Source: an uncultured delta proteobacterium
Lineage (GTDB): Bacteria; Desulfobacterota; Desulfomonilia; Desulfomonilales; Desulfomonilaceae
Assembly (NCBI GenBank): GCA_963789265.1
Contig: CAWBKB010000003.1
Span: 512,001-576,000 of the forward strand
Direction: 5' to 3'
DNA: 64,000 nucleotides
Position numbers and translations under genes: made by a program. Positions within the stretch are counted from its first letter, which is position 1. The number at the start of each line of letters is the position of its first letter. Below, one piece after another: positions 49,533-59,084 of the stretch. The notes below the pieces were generated by a model. It saw only the letters and a program-made list of their open reading frames with translations, ran no database searches and had not been told where the DNA came from.

Positions 49533-49944
49533 TCCGGGGTGGCGACTCCTGGAACACACGGCGGATGTCCGCATGGCCGTTTATGGGGCTACTCTGAAGG
49601 AGCTTTTCCTCAACGCGGCCCGAGGATTTACTAGTCTTCTGGTGCCGGAAACTCAGGGGCACCCGCAAACCGAACTTGAGCTGTCTCTGCAAGCCGACGA
49701 CACTGAAGAGCTTCTCGTGGACTGGCTTAGAGAGCTTCTCTTCTATCATCAGACAAGAGGTTTCATTCTTATCTCCGCGGATATTGAAGAGCTTTCCGAC
49801 ACTTCATTGACGGCCAAATTAGCCGGCCGGACACGCGGTCGCGACGAAGAACCGGAAATCGAAATAAAGGGCGTTACCTATCACGCGCTGTCTATCGAGA
49901 AAAACGATGCCGGATATTCCGTCACGATTGTTTTCGACATCTGA
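49507..49944 (+). CDS. Archease (RtcB activator)
   Basis: EHTADV, LLVDWLRELLF, EIKGVTYH, C-terminal VFDI. Confidence 0.92.
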   Translation: MTKETTEIDPGWRLLEHTADVRMAVYGATLKELFLNAARGFTSLLVPETQGHPQTELELSLQADDTEELLVDWLRELLFYHQTRGFILISADIEELSDTSLTAKLAGRTRGRDEEPEIEIKGVTYHALSIEKNDAGYSVTIVFDI

Positions 49945-50731
49945 ATCCCCGCGGGCAACAAAATCGCCATTCATCCTATCAGTCGCGCTCATCATCTCAA
50001 TTCTTGCTCTGGTTCCAGCCTTTGTGTTCAATAGCTCGCTCTTCTTATCTATCAACAGCCTGTATTCCTCTGCAACAGATCCGGTTTGGTTGGCTTTCAC
50101 GACCCTTGGGGACGGGCTGATCCTTGGGATCGTTGTCGGTGCATTTCTCCTGGTAAACCCGCGTATCACAATTATGGGGCTGTTGGTAATGATACTGTCG
50201 TCGATCGTGATAAATCTCGTGAAGGCCGTTTATCCGCACCTGCGACCCATGGAGCTTTTGCAATCCGTACACGTGGTCGGGCCGCTGCTCAGGGCCGGCT
50301 CTTTCCCGTCCGGCCACGCTGCGGCGGGTATGTCTGCGGGGTTGACAATAGCTCACTTCGGTTCGTCCAGGACGATCGGTGCGGTGGCGATAGCAATTGC
50401 CTTACTCATCGGTTTGTCGAGGATCTTCGTGGGCGCTCACTTTCCGGCAGACGTGGTGGGAGGGATGATGTGCGCTTTGGGCGTGTTTCTTATCCTCCTG
50501 CTAACGGCCTGGCCGGGCCTTGAAGCGCGTATACCTGACCGCGCATCTCTTTCGCTGCGGTGGTTCCGATTACTGCTTGGTCTGGAAGTTTTGACGGTCT
50601 TGTTCGCGCTATTCGTGTACGCACCGCTCTTTGCGGAACTCCCTTCATTCGGCATGTTTGTTGCTCTCGCGGTCCTGGTCTTCCTTGCGATCAGGTATCG
50701 GCGAATATCTTGCAGTCAATCACATGAATGA
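49907..50731 (+). CDS. PAP2-family membrane phosphatase (start uncertain)
   Basis: K......RP, SFPSGH and SRIFVGAHFPADV motifs. Confidence 0.88.
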   Translation: MPDIPSRLFSTSESPRATKSPFILSVALIISILALVPAFVFNSSLFLSINSLYSSATDPVWLAFTTLGDGLILGIVVGAFLLVNPRITIMGLLVMILSSIVINLVKAVYPHLRPMELLQSVHVVGPLLRAGSFPSGHAAAGMSAGLTIAHFGSSRTIGAVAIAIALLIGLSRIFVGAHFPADVVGGMMCALGVFLILLLTAWPGLEARIPDRASLSLRWFRLLLGLEVLTVLFALFVYAPLFAELPSFGMFVALAVLVFLAIRYRRISCSQSHE

Positions 50732-50896
50732 ACAGACTATTTTTAGTATTGTCGAGGACTATGAGGAGCAAATCATACCGGAAACTTCCTTATGGCTGAT
50801 CGAAATAACGAAGGAAAGACGCTTACACTCAATTACATTGTCAGACGTGGGGCGGTAAATTTCAAAGATACAAGCGCCCTACGAAGGAGTAGACAA

Positions 50897-51400
50897 ATGC
50901 GCTCTCGAATCGAATACATTAAAGCAGCCCCCGAGCTGTTGAAAGCCATTCAACCGTTGGACAATTACGTGCGCAAATGCGGCCTGGAAGACTCTTTGAT
51001 CGACCTTGTGTTGATCAGGGCTTCACAGATCAACGGATGCGCCTATTGCATTGACATGCACACAAAAGATGCACGCGCACGAGGTGAAACCGAACAACGT
51101 ATCTACGAGTTGAACGCCTGGAGAGAAACCCCGTTTTATACCGACCGGGAAATGGCGGCCTTAGCCTGGACAGAAGCCGTGACATTGCTAACCCACGGGC
51201 ACGTTCCCGATGATGTGTACAAAGTAGCGCGAAAGTGGTTCAGCGAGTTGGAGTTGGTAAATCTCACAGTTGCCATCGGGATGATCAATACCTGGAATCG
51301 CTTGAGTATTGCCTTCCGGTCGGTTCCCGGCGAATATCGGGCGAGACGGGCGGCCGGCGTTGAAAAGGAGTCGGGTAGAGTCGAAGCGGAATATCACTGA
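50897..51400 (+). CDS. Carboxymuconolactone decarboxylase/AhpD family protein
   Basis: RASQINGCAYCIDMH, WRE...E.AALAWTEA, INTWNR; AAGGAG RBS. Confidence 0.92.
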   Translation: MRSRIEYIKAAPELLKAIQPLDNYVRKCGLEDSLIDLVLIRASQINGCAYCIDMHTKDARARGETEQRIYELNAWRETPFYTDREMAALAWTEAVTLLTHGHVPDDVYKVARKWFSELELVNLTVAIGMINTWNRLSIAFRSVPGEYRARRAAGVEKESGRVEAEYH

Positions 51401-51445
51401 CTTGGTGGGCTGCGAGCCGCCGTCCGGTCAATAAGTGTATTTCCT

Positions 51446-51670
51446 GGTTACCAGGCTCTGCCTGGTAACCGGTTCTTCCGGACTCTGCCCGGTAAACCTT
51501 GCGTTTCCGCGGGATTGATACCATGCGCCATCAAACAAGTGACAATCCCGGCGAGTATATGGTGGGGCAGGCATCCTGCCTGCCATTCGTCATCCCGGAC
51601 TTCGATACGGGGTCCAGTCTGGATGCCCGCGTACGCGGGCATGACGACAGGCAAGATGCCTGTCCCACTA
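51446..51670. repeat. Cluster of REP-like palindromes, one nested in another
   Basis: GGTTACCAGGCTCTGCCTGGTAACC (51446-51470); GTCATCCCGG...GCGGGCATGAC (51589-51645) sits inside a GGTGGGGCAGGC...GCCTGTCCCAC doublet (51561-51668). Confidence 0.7.
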
Positions 51671-51881
51671 AAAACACGGTGTCCACTCGTGTGAAAGCGA
51701 ATCCGTGTGACATGTCTGTAAAGCAGGTTTTCCGGCTGTGAGGTGGAGCCTTCGGATAGGCGTTCCGGGCCTAAGCTGAGAACGATAATAGAAATGTCGA
51801 GGCATGCACGGATCATTGGGATTCACGGTAGGAAAATTGGAACCACGTTGCCAGTACCTGAGGAATTAGAAGCAATAGTGC

Positions 51882-52109
51882 CTACCGCCACTTCAAATAA
51901 TCATTCACTGTAAACCCCGCATCTTTGAGGATGCGGACAGCTAAACCCCGACCAATGTCACATCCCGTGTGAACTGGAACGGTCAACGTCACTTCGCTCT
52001 GTTCGTGCTTCAAGGTGAGATGGCTTCTCGACTGACGATCTTCTACAAATCCATGAGCTTCGAGAAATCTTATGAGATGGCGAGCGCTGACTTGCGGCAT
52101 GCGACTCAT
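51882..52109 (-). CDS. hicA: HicA family toxin
   Basis: LIRFLEAHGF..RQSRSH....TVPVH...DI..G....ILKDAG. Confidence 0.9.
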   Translation of the reverse strand: MSRMPQVSARHLIRFLEAHGFVEDRQSRSHLTLKHEQSEVTLTVPVHTGCDIGRGLAVRILKDAGFTVNDYLKWR

Positions 52110-52345
52110 TCGGGTACCCCGACTGTGAGTTCTTCAACGTGTACGATGCGATCTTTTTGCGGTATGACTTCATTGTGGGCTCGCAGAGAGTCTATGTCTT
52201 GCGAGATAGCGTCCCGGATGTTGCGTTTGGCCTGCTCAATGGTCTTTCCATTGCTGAAGCAGCCGGGAAGCGTGGGACTATAGGCGAAGTACCCGTCATC
52301 TTCCGGTTCTTTCTCAATTACTATCTCGAAGGAAAAATATTTCAT
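52106..52345 (-). CDS. hicB: HicB family antitoxin
   Basis: IVIEKEPEDDGYFAYSPTLPGCFSNGKTIEQAKRNIRDAI; ATGA overlap with hicA. Confidence 0.9.
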   Translation of the reverse strand: MKYFSFEIVIEKEPEDDGYFAYSPTLPGCFSNGKTIEQAKRNIRDAISQDIDSLRAHNEVIPQKDRIVHVEELTVGVPE

Positions 52346-52567
52346 CGTAGTGTGCCTTTCCCTGACAGACCGACAATCTCGCCATAGTACAGCCTCTGGA
52401 TGCATTCTTTTCGTTGATTTTATTACCCTGCCGCCAGGTCCGCAATGCTTTCCCGAAAGTCCTCTATATTGATTCTCGAAAGCGGTCATCTGAGCCCAGG
52501 ATTTAGGACAATATCAGCACATTGTACTCGTAGGCGGGTCTTTACCGGCGCGCCAGTGGCCATTTTC

Positions 52568-52765
52568 TTATTCCCCCACTGCGAACTGAATTTCTCGCGT
52601 CTTTTGGACAAATTTTGCGGCCGACAGTATCTCAATCCCAACGACCCCGCCGTCATGACCGAAATCCACTATTGTCCCCGGCCGAACTTCGTCGCGTTCA
52701 CGTATCCGTGCCTCGCGGAACGTGATGGTCAGCGTATCGGTTTCTCCGTCGTACTGAATTTTCAT
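52568..52765 (-). CDS. DUF2283 domain protein
   Basis: MKIQYDGETDTLTI...E..PG.IVDF...G.VVGIEIL.A; GGAGG RBS. Confidence 0.85.
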   Translation of the reverse strand: MKIQYDGETDTLTITFREARIRERDEVRPGTIVDFGHDGGVVGIEILSAAKFVQKTREIQFAVGE

Positions 52766-53173
52766 GTTGTTTTCACCTCCGGTATTTGTCCAACCGGGAA
52801 GTCGAAACAGTACAATTAACCGCAGAGCTCGCAGAGGACGCAGAGAAAAAAGATAACTTATACAATTCCACGTGAACCACCGCCGCGTAAAGTCAGTTCG
52901 AGATTGCTCTTCCCGCATCTCCCGGGATCACATATTCGGAATCTACCGCATCCGGTTCGCATAGACGTTCGGAGAAAACAGGATTCTCCGCGGCCTCTGC
53001 GTTCTCCGCGGCGAACAACTACATTAGAGTTTCGTCCGTCTCAGCCTGTTCCACTTCTCTCTTGGACAGCATGAGACGGGCGTGAGGAACGCGTGATGGA
53101 ATTATGCCCGGAATAGAGGAGTTCGAGTGTTAAGACGCCTTTATTTGGACGGGAAGAGGGGATACGATTTTAC

Positions 53174-53203
53174 TTGACAGGTATAGTTTATGGGCTATAC
53201 CAT
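53174..53203 (+). promoter_or_regulatory. Sigma70 promoter with overlapping MarR operator
   Basis: TTGACA-18bp-TACCAT; palindrome GGTATAG-N8-CTATACC (53180-53201); a similar site lies at about 53690-53707. Confidence 0.65.
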
Positions 53204-53210
53204 ACGTGCT

Positions 53211-53675
53211 ATGAGCAAAGAGAGGATTCTGGCACTCAAGGAGATATTTCTCAGGATCGTCAGAAAGTTTATCCAAATCGATGCGCTGGCGCGTGACTAT
53301 GGCAGTGGTGATATCCTATTTCCGGCCGAAATCCATCTCTTGGACCTTATCGGACGCAATCCGGGCATCACGGTGACCGGGCTGGCCAGAAGACAGCGTG
53401 TGACCAAGGGCGCTGTCTCCCAGGTGGTTAAGAAACTGGGGAACAAAGGGCTGGTCAGGAAATGCCGAGCTCTCGACAGTGAGAAATCGATACTTCTGAT
53501 CCTGACTGAAAGAGGAACATTAGCTTTCGTAGGGCATGGCCGTTTCCACGCGAAGCACGATCAGCAGATGCTGGAGGCATTGCTAGGGATGCCTGAAGAG
53601 CGGATAGTTGCAGTGGAGCGGTTCATGCAGCTACTTGAAGAGACTTCGGACGCGTATCTGAAAGACCCTCAGTAA
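53211..53675 (+). CDS. MarR family transcriptional regulator (likely leaderless)
   Basis: EIHLLDLIG...ITVTGLA....VTKGAVSQVVKKL..KGLV...L.LTERG. Confidence 0.9.
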   Translation: MSKERILALKEIFLRIVRKFIQIDALARDYGSGDILFPAEIHLLDLIGRNPGITVTGLARRQRVTKGAVSQVVKKLGNKGLVRKCRALDSEKSILLILTERGTLAFVGHGRFHAKHDQQMLEALLGMPEERIVAVERFMQLLEETSDAYLKDPQ

Positions 53676-54215
53676 TTTTTTTTGTGACGATGGTTTAGAT
53701 CCTATACTTTACTGCTGAGGGGCGGAATCGGAATCTATGGGTTACATCCTGGAAACGGAATACCGTAACAGCCTTTCTCGGTATTGTCACGGATAGACTG
53801 AAGCTTCTGGACCCTCCCGCAAGAGCGGGTCTAAATGAATGCGAAGAAAGCTAAGATGAAGCTGCGATCACGCCCATGAGGTCATGGTGCAGCGGGCTGG
53901 GAACGGTGCGGTCCCCAAGGTGGGGTAATAATCAAGCATGTCCGATGCCGCACATCCCGAAGTCCCTTCGCCACATGCTTGTGCCAATCAGGGTACGGCG
54001 TCCGAACGATCCGGGAACCTTCCGGCCACAAAGAGGTCTGCACGACCTGGATTCAGACCGGTTCATTGAACAGCCGCGACCGCGGCGTTCGTGAGGCGGT
54101 TGACGGACTCTCAGCTCGGGAGCAGGACTACTATCCAGAGAATAAGCGCCAGTCCGCATCTTATGCGAGTCAATCTAATGAGTGTCATGACAAAAAAAAT
54201 GAAAGATCTACCATT

Positions 54216-54725
54216 ATGTGGTTTGCAGCCAAGATCACAGGATTTACAATCCTCGTGCCGGGTGTTGAAACTGTGCTGGTTCCCTCCCTTCTGGCAAAGA
54301 GCGGCCTTCTTGGTCTAATCAGTTCGGCACGCGGGTGGCATTTGTCAGGGTGGCTATTCGTAGGCTCAGGGACAATCCTATACGTTTTGTGTGCCGTGGG
54401 TTTTGCAGTCCGTGGCAGTGGCACCCCGGCACCGATTGATCCGCCGAAACGACTGGTTGTTCAAGGCGTATATTCATTCACACGAAATCCCATGTACGTG
54501 GCGATTTTATCCTTCGTGTTCGGTCTCGCCACTTTATCCGGCCTGTGGATGCTGTTTTTCTACAGCGTGGTTCTCTTTCTGTTTTTCCATTTGGTTGTAG
54601 TGCTCTATGAGGAACCTACATTGAGAGCGAAATATGGTGGATCCTACGAGGACTACTGCCATACGGTTCCGCGATGGTCGCTTCGGACACTGCCCTTTTC
54701 GACGGAACGACAGACCAAGACATAA
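54216..54725 (+). CDS. Isoprenylcysteine carboxylmethyltransferase/PEMT family membrane protein
   Basis: G.GTPAPIDPPKRLVVQGVYSFTRNPMY, YEEPTL..KYG..Y..Y...VPRW. Confidence 0.88.
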   Translation: MWFAAKITGFTILVPGVETVLVPSLLAKSGLLGLISSARGWHLSGWLFVGSGTILYVLCAVGFAVRGSGTPAPIDPPKRLVVQGVYSFTRNPMYVAILSFVFGLATLSGLWMLFFYSVVLFLFFHLVVVLYEEPTLRAKYGGSYEDYCHTVPRWSLRTLPFSTERQTKT

Positions 54726-54815
54726 TGGATAATAGTGCTGCTTATAGCCTGAGCCCTGACGGGCTATTCTTGTATGTTAGAACAATGGTGTCGAACATAG
54801 AAAGGAGGAGGTTCA

Positions 54816-55199
54816 GTGAAAGAAACACTTGTTATAATCGGTGGGGTAGCCTGCGTGGCATGGGTGATATTTCATATCCTGTTCTGGAAGATCTTCGACT
54901 GGAAAAATAGTTTAAGTTCTCTTTCTCATCAACAACGCTCCATCATGTATATCCTTAACATTACAATGGCTTATGTACTATCCGTATTTGCATATCTGTC
55001 GATTGTTCATAGAGGCCCTCTAATATCAACATCCTTCGGAAAGGTGGTCCTAGTAAGCATCGGCCTTTTCTGGTTGATTCGAGCCGTACAACAAGGAATT
55101 TTTGGCTTTCACGAGAAAGAATCTGTAAGAAGATCAATAGCCATAATCATGGCGTGCTTCATTATGGCGCTGTTGTATCTGATTCCTCTCTGGATATGA
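54816..55199 (+). CDS. 4-TM hypothetical membrane protein
   Basis: AGGAGGAGG RBS + GTG; FH..FWKIFDW motif; hydrophobic helices. Confidence 0.75.
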   Translation: MKETLVIIGGVACVAWVIFHILFWKIFDWKNSLSSLSHQQRSIMYILNITMAYVLSVFAYLSIVHRGPLISTSFGKVVLVSIGLFWLIRAVQQGIFGFHEKESVRRSIAIIMACFIMALLYLIPLWI

Positions 55200-55572
55200 A
55201 TGTGTAATACCATAGTCTATCTCGCTGTGCTGCCAGAGAAACAAATAGCCGGTGCTCCAGCACGATGACGGAGTCAGGGGAGTCTTGGTGCCCTGGAAGA
55301 ATCCGGTTACAACACTTGGCGCACACTTCAAATTCGTTATTGAGCGGCGCGTGACAGACCGGACATTCCCATTTGGTTGTGGGAGGTTTCTCGCCAGCAG
55401 GTTCCCGGTTGTACAGTTCGGTTACCTGCAAAGAGCCGTTTTTGACCAGCTCTTCAAATACCGTTTTCAATTGCTGGGCAGAAAGCTGGTACTTATCTTT
55501 CAGGGCGGCATCATCCATCCCGGCTTTGATGTCTGCCAAGATCTCTTTTACGTTTATTGTTTTGTTGCCCAT
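55162..55572 (-). CDS. Hypothetical protein with the lineage-specific HTH-like domain and a zinc ribbon (C-terminus possibly degraded)
   Basis: INVKEILADIKAGMDDAALKDKYQLS resembles the N-terminus of ORF 3317; CPVC...CAKC. Confidence 0.65.
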   Translation of the reverse strand: MGNKTINVKEILADIKAGMDDAALKDKYQLSAQQLKTVFEELVKNGSLQVTELYNREPAGEKPPTTKWECPVCHAPLNNEFEVCAKCCNRILPGHQDSPDSVIVLEHRLFVSLAAQRDRLWYYTFISREESDTTAP

Positions 55573-55973
55573 AGGAAGCCCCCCGGAGCAGGAGTGTGCT
55601 GGCAATATATCACAAGAGATCACCAAATGAGGAGAACATTCCGCTTTGCCACGCAGTAGTTCGTTAACGAAGGCGAAGACTCTCATTGGGAGTACCGACG
55701 GACGAAGCAATCTCGGGGAGCATGGGCCTCCCGCCCGTCGAATTCCGGGAAAATTCCTGTGACAGAGAATTCCGGAGACGCCATACCTAATTCCCTCCCC
55801 GGGGCCTTTATTTTGCGGTCAAGGTGGCGCTCTCTTTCTCTGGTGGCTGGAGTGCCTGATAACGAGTCTGATGCATAGTCAGTCCTAGACCCGACACCGA
55901 AACACAGCTATGAAGATTGAAGCTCACGAAGAATGCACCGCCTTTCCACAATTCGAGCGATTGACCTCCCTCC

Positions 55974-56550
55974 GTGTATGAGTGCAAAACCTCACCCATA
56001 TCTTCCAGAAAGGCCAAACGAGTCATAAATGAAGCCCACAGGCTGATCAGGCAGTGGCGAGGTGAATTACGGGGTTCCAGGCCGTATGTAAGAGTGCGGT
56101 TCATGGGAAGAAGGGGCCGCGTTTTCATAGATGATTTTCATTACCACCTAGAATCCAGGCCCTTTAAGGATATGATAGGCAGACATCGACTTCTCCCCTG
56201 TGTGAAAGAGTTGCTCAAAAAACACCACAGACGTTCCAACTCAAACCGAACACGGTAACTTGATGCTGGAGGGTATGACGCCACAGGGTGAAAGGTTTCA
56301 GCTCATCATTCGCCCTGAGAAGACAGGGCGCTGTTTACAGAGCTTTTTCCCTGTTTGGAACAAAGAAAAGCCCATGCCCTTCATACCGTGGTCAAAAACT
56401 CTCGGGTTGGCCGCGTTGGCTTCCGCCTCGTCTTACGTTACCCCTCAAACGGCAAAGCCTGGGGCGCTTGCGTCCCCGGACATGGACTCTCTCCTGGACA
56501 GCCGGACCCGCCACAGTTCATCTGAGCTTGAGCGACCTGCCATTCAGTAG
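55974..56550 (+). CDS. Putative RelE/BECR-like ribonuclease; two ORFs joined by a +1 shift in the A6 run at 56217-56222
   Basis: Joined reading RPYVRVRF..RVFIDDFHYHL...RHRLLPCVKELLKNTT.P....LEGMTPQGERFQLIIRPEKTGRCLQSFFP. The fold assignment is my inference. Confidence 0.5.
56362..56548 (-). ncRNA. Candidate structured antisense RNA (~185 nt)
   Basis: Minus-strand TTGACA-18-TACGAT promoter; 11-bp closing stem whose G-U pairs work only on the minus strand; GNRA-type loops; U-rich 3' end. Confidence 0.5.
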
Positions 56551-56554
56551 TTTC

Positions 56555-56584
56555 ATCGTACGTAGACACCCCACTTCTTGTCAA
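56555..56584 (-). promoter_or_regulatory. Sigma70 promoter on the minus strand
   Basis: TTGACA (56584-56579) and TACGAT (56560-56555) with an 18-bp spacer. Confidence 0.65.
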
Positions 56585-56603
56585 GTTCAAAACTACAATC
56601 CCC

Positions 56604-56857
56604 GTAAGCATTCACTTATGCGGGGGAGGATCTTTTGAGTCGGCTGTATGTCTTCCTTCACCTACGCGGGGAATCTTCGGGCTCCTGTCATTGCGAGGAG
56701 TGCTTGGTGGGACAGGCTTCCAGCCTGTCTATTAGGGATGACGGGCAAGATGCCCGTCCCACCGGCAATCTAAGCGCCGTATGAAGGAAGAGATTGCTTT
56801 CCCGCGTCCAGCGGGACTCGCAATGACAATTCTTGCCGCACGCAAGTGAGTGGTTAC
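56604..56857. mobile_element. Composite nested repeat/MITE (family C), inverted relative to 15716-15910
   Basis: Same end sequences and nested palindromes; one end is present twice (56604 and 56650). Confidence 0.75.
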
Positions 56858-57050
56858 CCCTCAACATTCTATCGCATTCCTTCTCAACGGACATTTTCTG
56901 TCTTATCCTTCTTTAAGGGTTCGTTAGGCTCGCGGAGAGCGGTAGCGCTCGGGATCAATTTCTGTCGATTGTTTTTTCATATTTGGAGCAAATCTCGAAA
57001 TCGTTGAGAGATTCTCGTGCGCCGTACCGATGGACCATAGATCTTAGACC

Positions 57051-57152
57051 GGTAGGGTGGGCGTCTCGCCCGCCGATTTATCAAGGTGGTGAACATTCGG
57101 CTCGCCATCAAGCAACGATGGGCTAGGTGGCGGGCAGGATGCCCACCCTGCT
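57051..57152. repeat. REP-like doublet
   Basis: GGTAGGGTGGGCGTCTCGCCCGCC ... GGCGGGCAGGATGCCCACCCTGC; a related arm occurs at 2899-2921. Confidence 0.65.
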
Positions 57153-57188
57153 GGCGGCTGCCAAAATCAGATCGACCGGGGGAGAACC

Positions 57189-58640
57189 ATGTCCGCAGCA
57201 AGGCCATTCAAATTGATACAGATTGACGAGGTTCGTTGGGAAATTCCGAAGACTGGTGGAATGCGGGTTCCCGGTCTGATCTTTACCGATTCCAAAATAT
57301 TGCCGGACATCGAGAAGGACCAGAGTGCCGAACAAGTTTACAACGTTGCGCACTTGCCGGGAATAGTCGGCCGATCCCTGGCAATGCCGGACGTTCACTG
57401 GGGGTACGGTTTTCCCATAGGTGGTGTCGCGGCCTTCGATCTGGATGAAGGGGTGATATCTCCCGGCGGGGTCGGGTACGACATTAATTGCGGGGTCCGT
57501 CTCGTAACCACGGGCTTGGATCGGGAAGCGCTCATGCCGAAGATCAGGCCGTTGATCGATCTCCTCTTCGCACACGTTCCCAGCGGGCTAGGGTCAAGAG
57601 GCGGCATACGATTGAATCGGAAGGAGCTGTCGCAGGTCCTCAAGAAAGGCGCGGCCTGGGCTGTTGAAAACGGTATGGGAGACGCGACGGATCTGGATCA
57701 TATTGAGGATCATGGCGTTATTGAAGGCGCGGACCCCGGCGTGATAAGCGATCGAGCTTTTGAACGGGGCAAGGACCAGCTCGGCACTCTCGGGTCGGGT
57801 AATCATTTTCTTGAGATCGGTTTCATCGAGGAGATCTTCGATGAAGATACTGCCGGCCAGTGGGGCCTGTTCACAGACCAGGCCACGGTGATGATCCATA
57901 CCGGCTCAAGAGGATTTGGATACCAGGTCTGCGACGATTTCCTCGCTCGAATGGTGAAGAGCGTTAGGCTGGAGGGGATCGAGCTTCCCGACAGGCAGCT
58001 CGCATGCACCCGCTTGAACACGGGTCTTGCCAGGGAATACTTAGCGGCAATGCGGTCGGCCGCGAATTTTGCCTTTGCCAACCGCCAAATACTCACGCAC
58101 CTGGCCCTTGGCGCCTGGGAAGAGACTCTGGGACTTTCTCCGCGTGAGCTGAAATTCCGATTGCTCTATGATGTCTGCCACAATATAGCCAAAATCGAGT
58201 CTCACACAGTCAATGGTGAAAAGAAAAAGCTGTGCGTTCATCGCAAGGGCGCGACTCGGGCCTTCCCCCCGCATCATCCAGTGCTCCCCGAGGTGTATCG
58301 GACCAGCGGGCAACCCGTGCTTATACCGGGAGACATGGGACGCGCCTCCTACATTCTGGCAGGGCAGGAAGGGTCGATGATAGAGGCATTCGGCTCCGCT
58401 TGCCACGGCGCGGGGCGTCTCCTGTCCAGACACGAAGCCCTGAGGCGAACCAAAGGACGATCGATCGAACGCGAACTACAAGATAATAACGTTTATCCCA
58501 GGTGGGTCGGGAGAAGGACGCTCCGAGAGGAGTTCCCCGAAGCATACAAAGATGTAAGCATGGTTGTGGATGTCGTTCACAGAGTAGGCTTGGCAAGAAA
58601 GGTTGCTAGAATCCGGCCAGTTGGAGTGGTGAAGGGCTAG
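57189..58640 (+). CDS. rtcB: RNA-splicing/repair ligase RtcB (archease-dependent type)
   Basis: MPDVHWGYGFPIGG, GYDINCG, GSGNHFLE, HTGSRG, HNIAK, VHRKGATR, HGAGR, EEFPEAYK, C-terminal VKG. Confidence 0.97.
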   Translation: MSAARPFKLIQIDEVRWEIPKTGGMRVPGLIFTDSKILPDIEKDQSAEQVYNVAHLPGIVGRSLAMPDVHWGYGFPIGGVAAFDLDEGVISPGGVGYDINCGVRLVTTGLDREALMPKIRPLIDLLFAHVPSGLGSRGGIRLNRKELSQVLKKGAAWAVENGMGDATDLDHIEDHGVIEGADPGVISDRAFERGKDQLGTLGSGNHFLEIGFIEEIFDEDTAGQWGLFTDQATVMIHTGSRGFGYQVCDDFLARMVKSVRLEGIELPDRQLACTRLNTGLAREYLAAMRSAANFAFANRQILTHLALGAWEETLGLSPRELKFRLLYDVCHNIAKIESHTVNGEKKKLCVHRKGATRAFPPHHPVLPEVYRTSGQPVLIPGDMGRASYILAGQEGSMIEAFGSACHGAGRLLSRHEALRRTKGRSIERELQDNNVYPRWVGRRTLREEFPEAYKDVSMVVDVVHRVGLARKVARIRPVGVVKG

Positions 58641-58721
58641 TGCCTGATCGTGTTTCGCTATATATTGGTGGGACAGTCTCGCGAGGCGCGGGACAGCCTG
58701 TCGCTAGAGGACGGGCAGGAT

Positions 58722-58915
58722 GAAACTGTTTCAAAATGGAGGCGTGAACGAAATTCCTAGTACAATGCGCCATTTTCCCGGCAATGAATTAGAGGGCTAC
58801 TATCGCCGGTCCCTCCGGGACGCTTGATATTTAAGCCCCATCGGGGTGATCGAGAGTAGGCCGGTGCTTCAGCGCCGGTGACCATTTCCAGCCACTAACG
58901 GCCAAATTAAGACCC
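58722..58915. mobile_element. Degenerate copy of MITE family A
   Basis: Left TIR GAAACTGTTTCAAAAT and an internal sequence collinear with 42525-42731; right end eroded. Confidence 0.7.
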
Positions 58916-59084
58916 AAGCAGGCTTCAAAGCCTGCCCCCCTGGTCGAAGGATCACGAAAGTCCCACTAGAAGTATGTTGACCGATTATCATTAGTCATGA
59001 TAGAATTATTATGTAAAGCTCTGAGCTCAACGGGAGGGGAGCGGTGAATTTCGACTCCGAGCGAATAGACATAAGGAGTGTAGC

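Noticed and set aside
53700..54200. Long N-terminal extension of ORF 53979, or a group II intron remnant
   Set aside because: The extension looks non-coding and family similarity starts at ATG 54216. No convincing intron domain V was found.
56362..56548. c-di-GMP-I riboswitch or retron msr-msd identity for the antisense RNA
   Set aside because: Only a short GGGACGCAA similarity is present, without the rest of the GEMM architecture, and there is no reverse transcriptase in the window.
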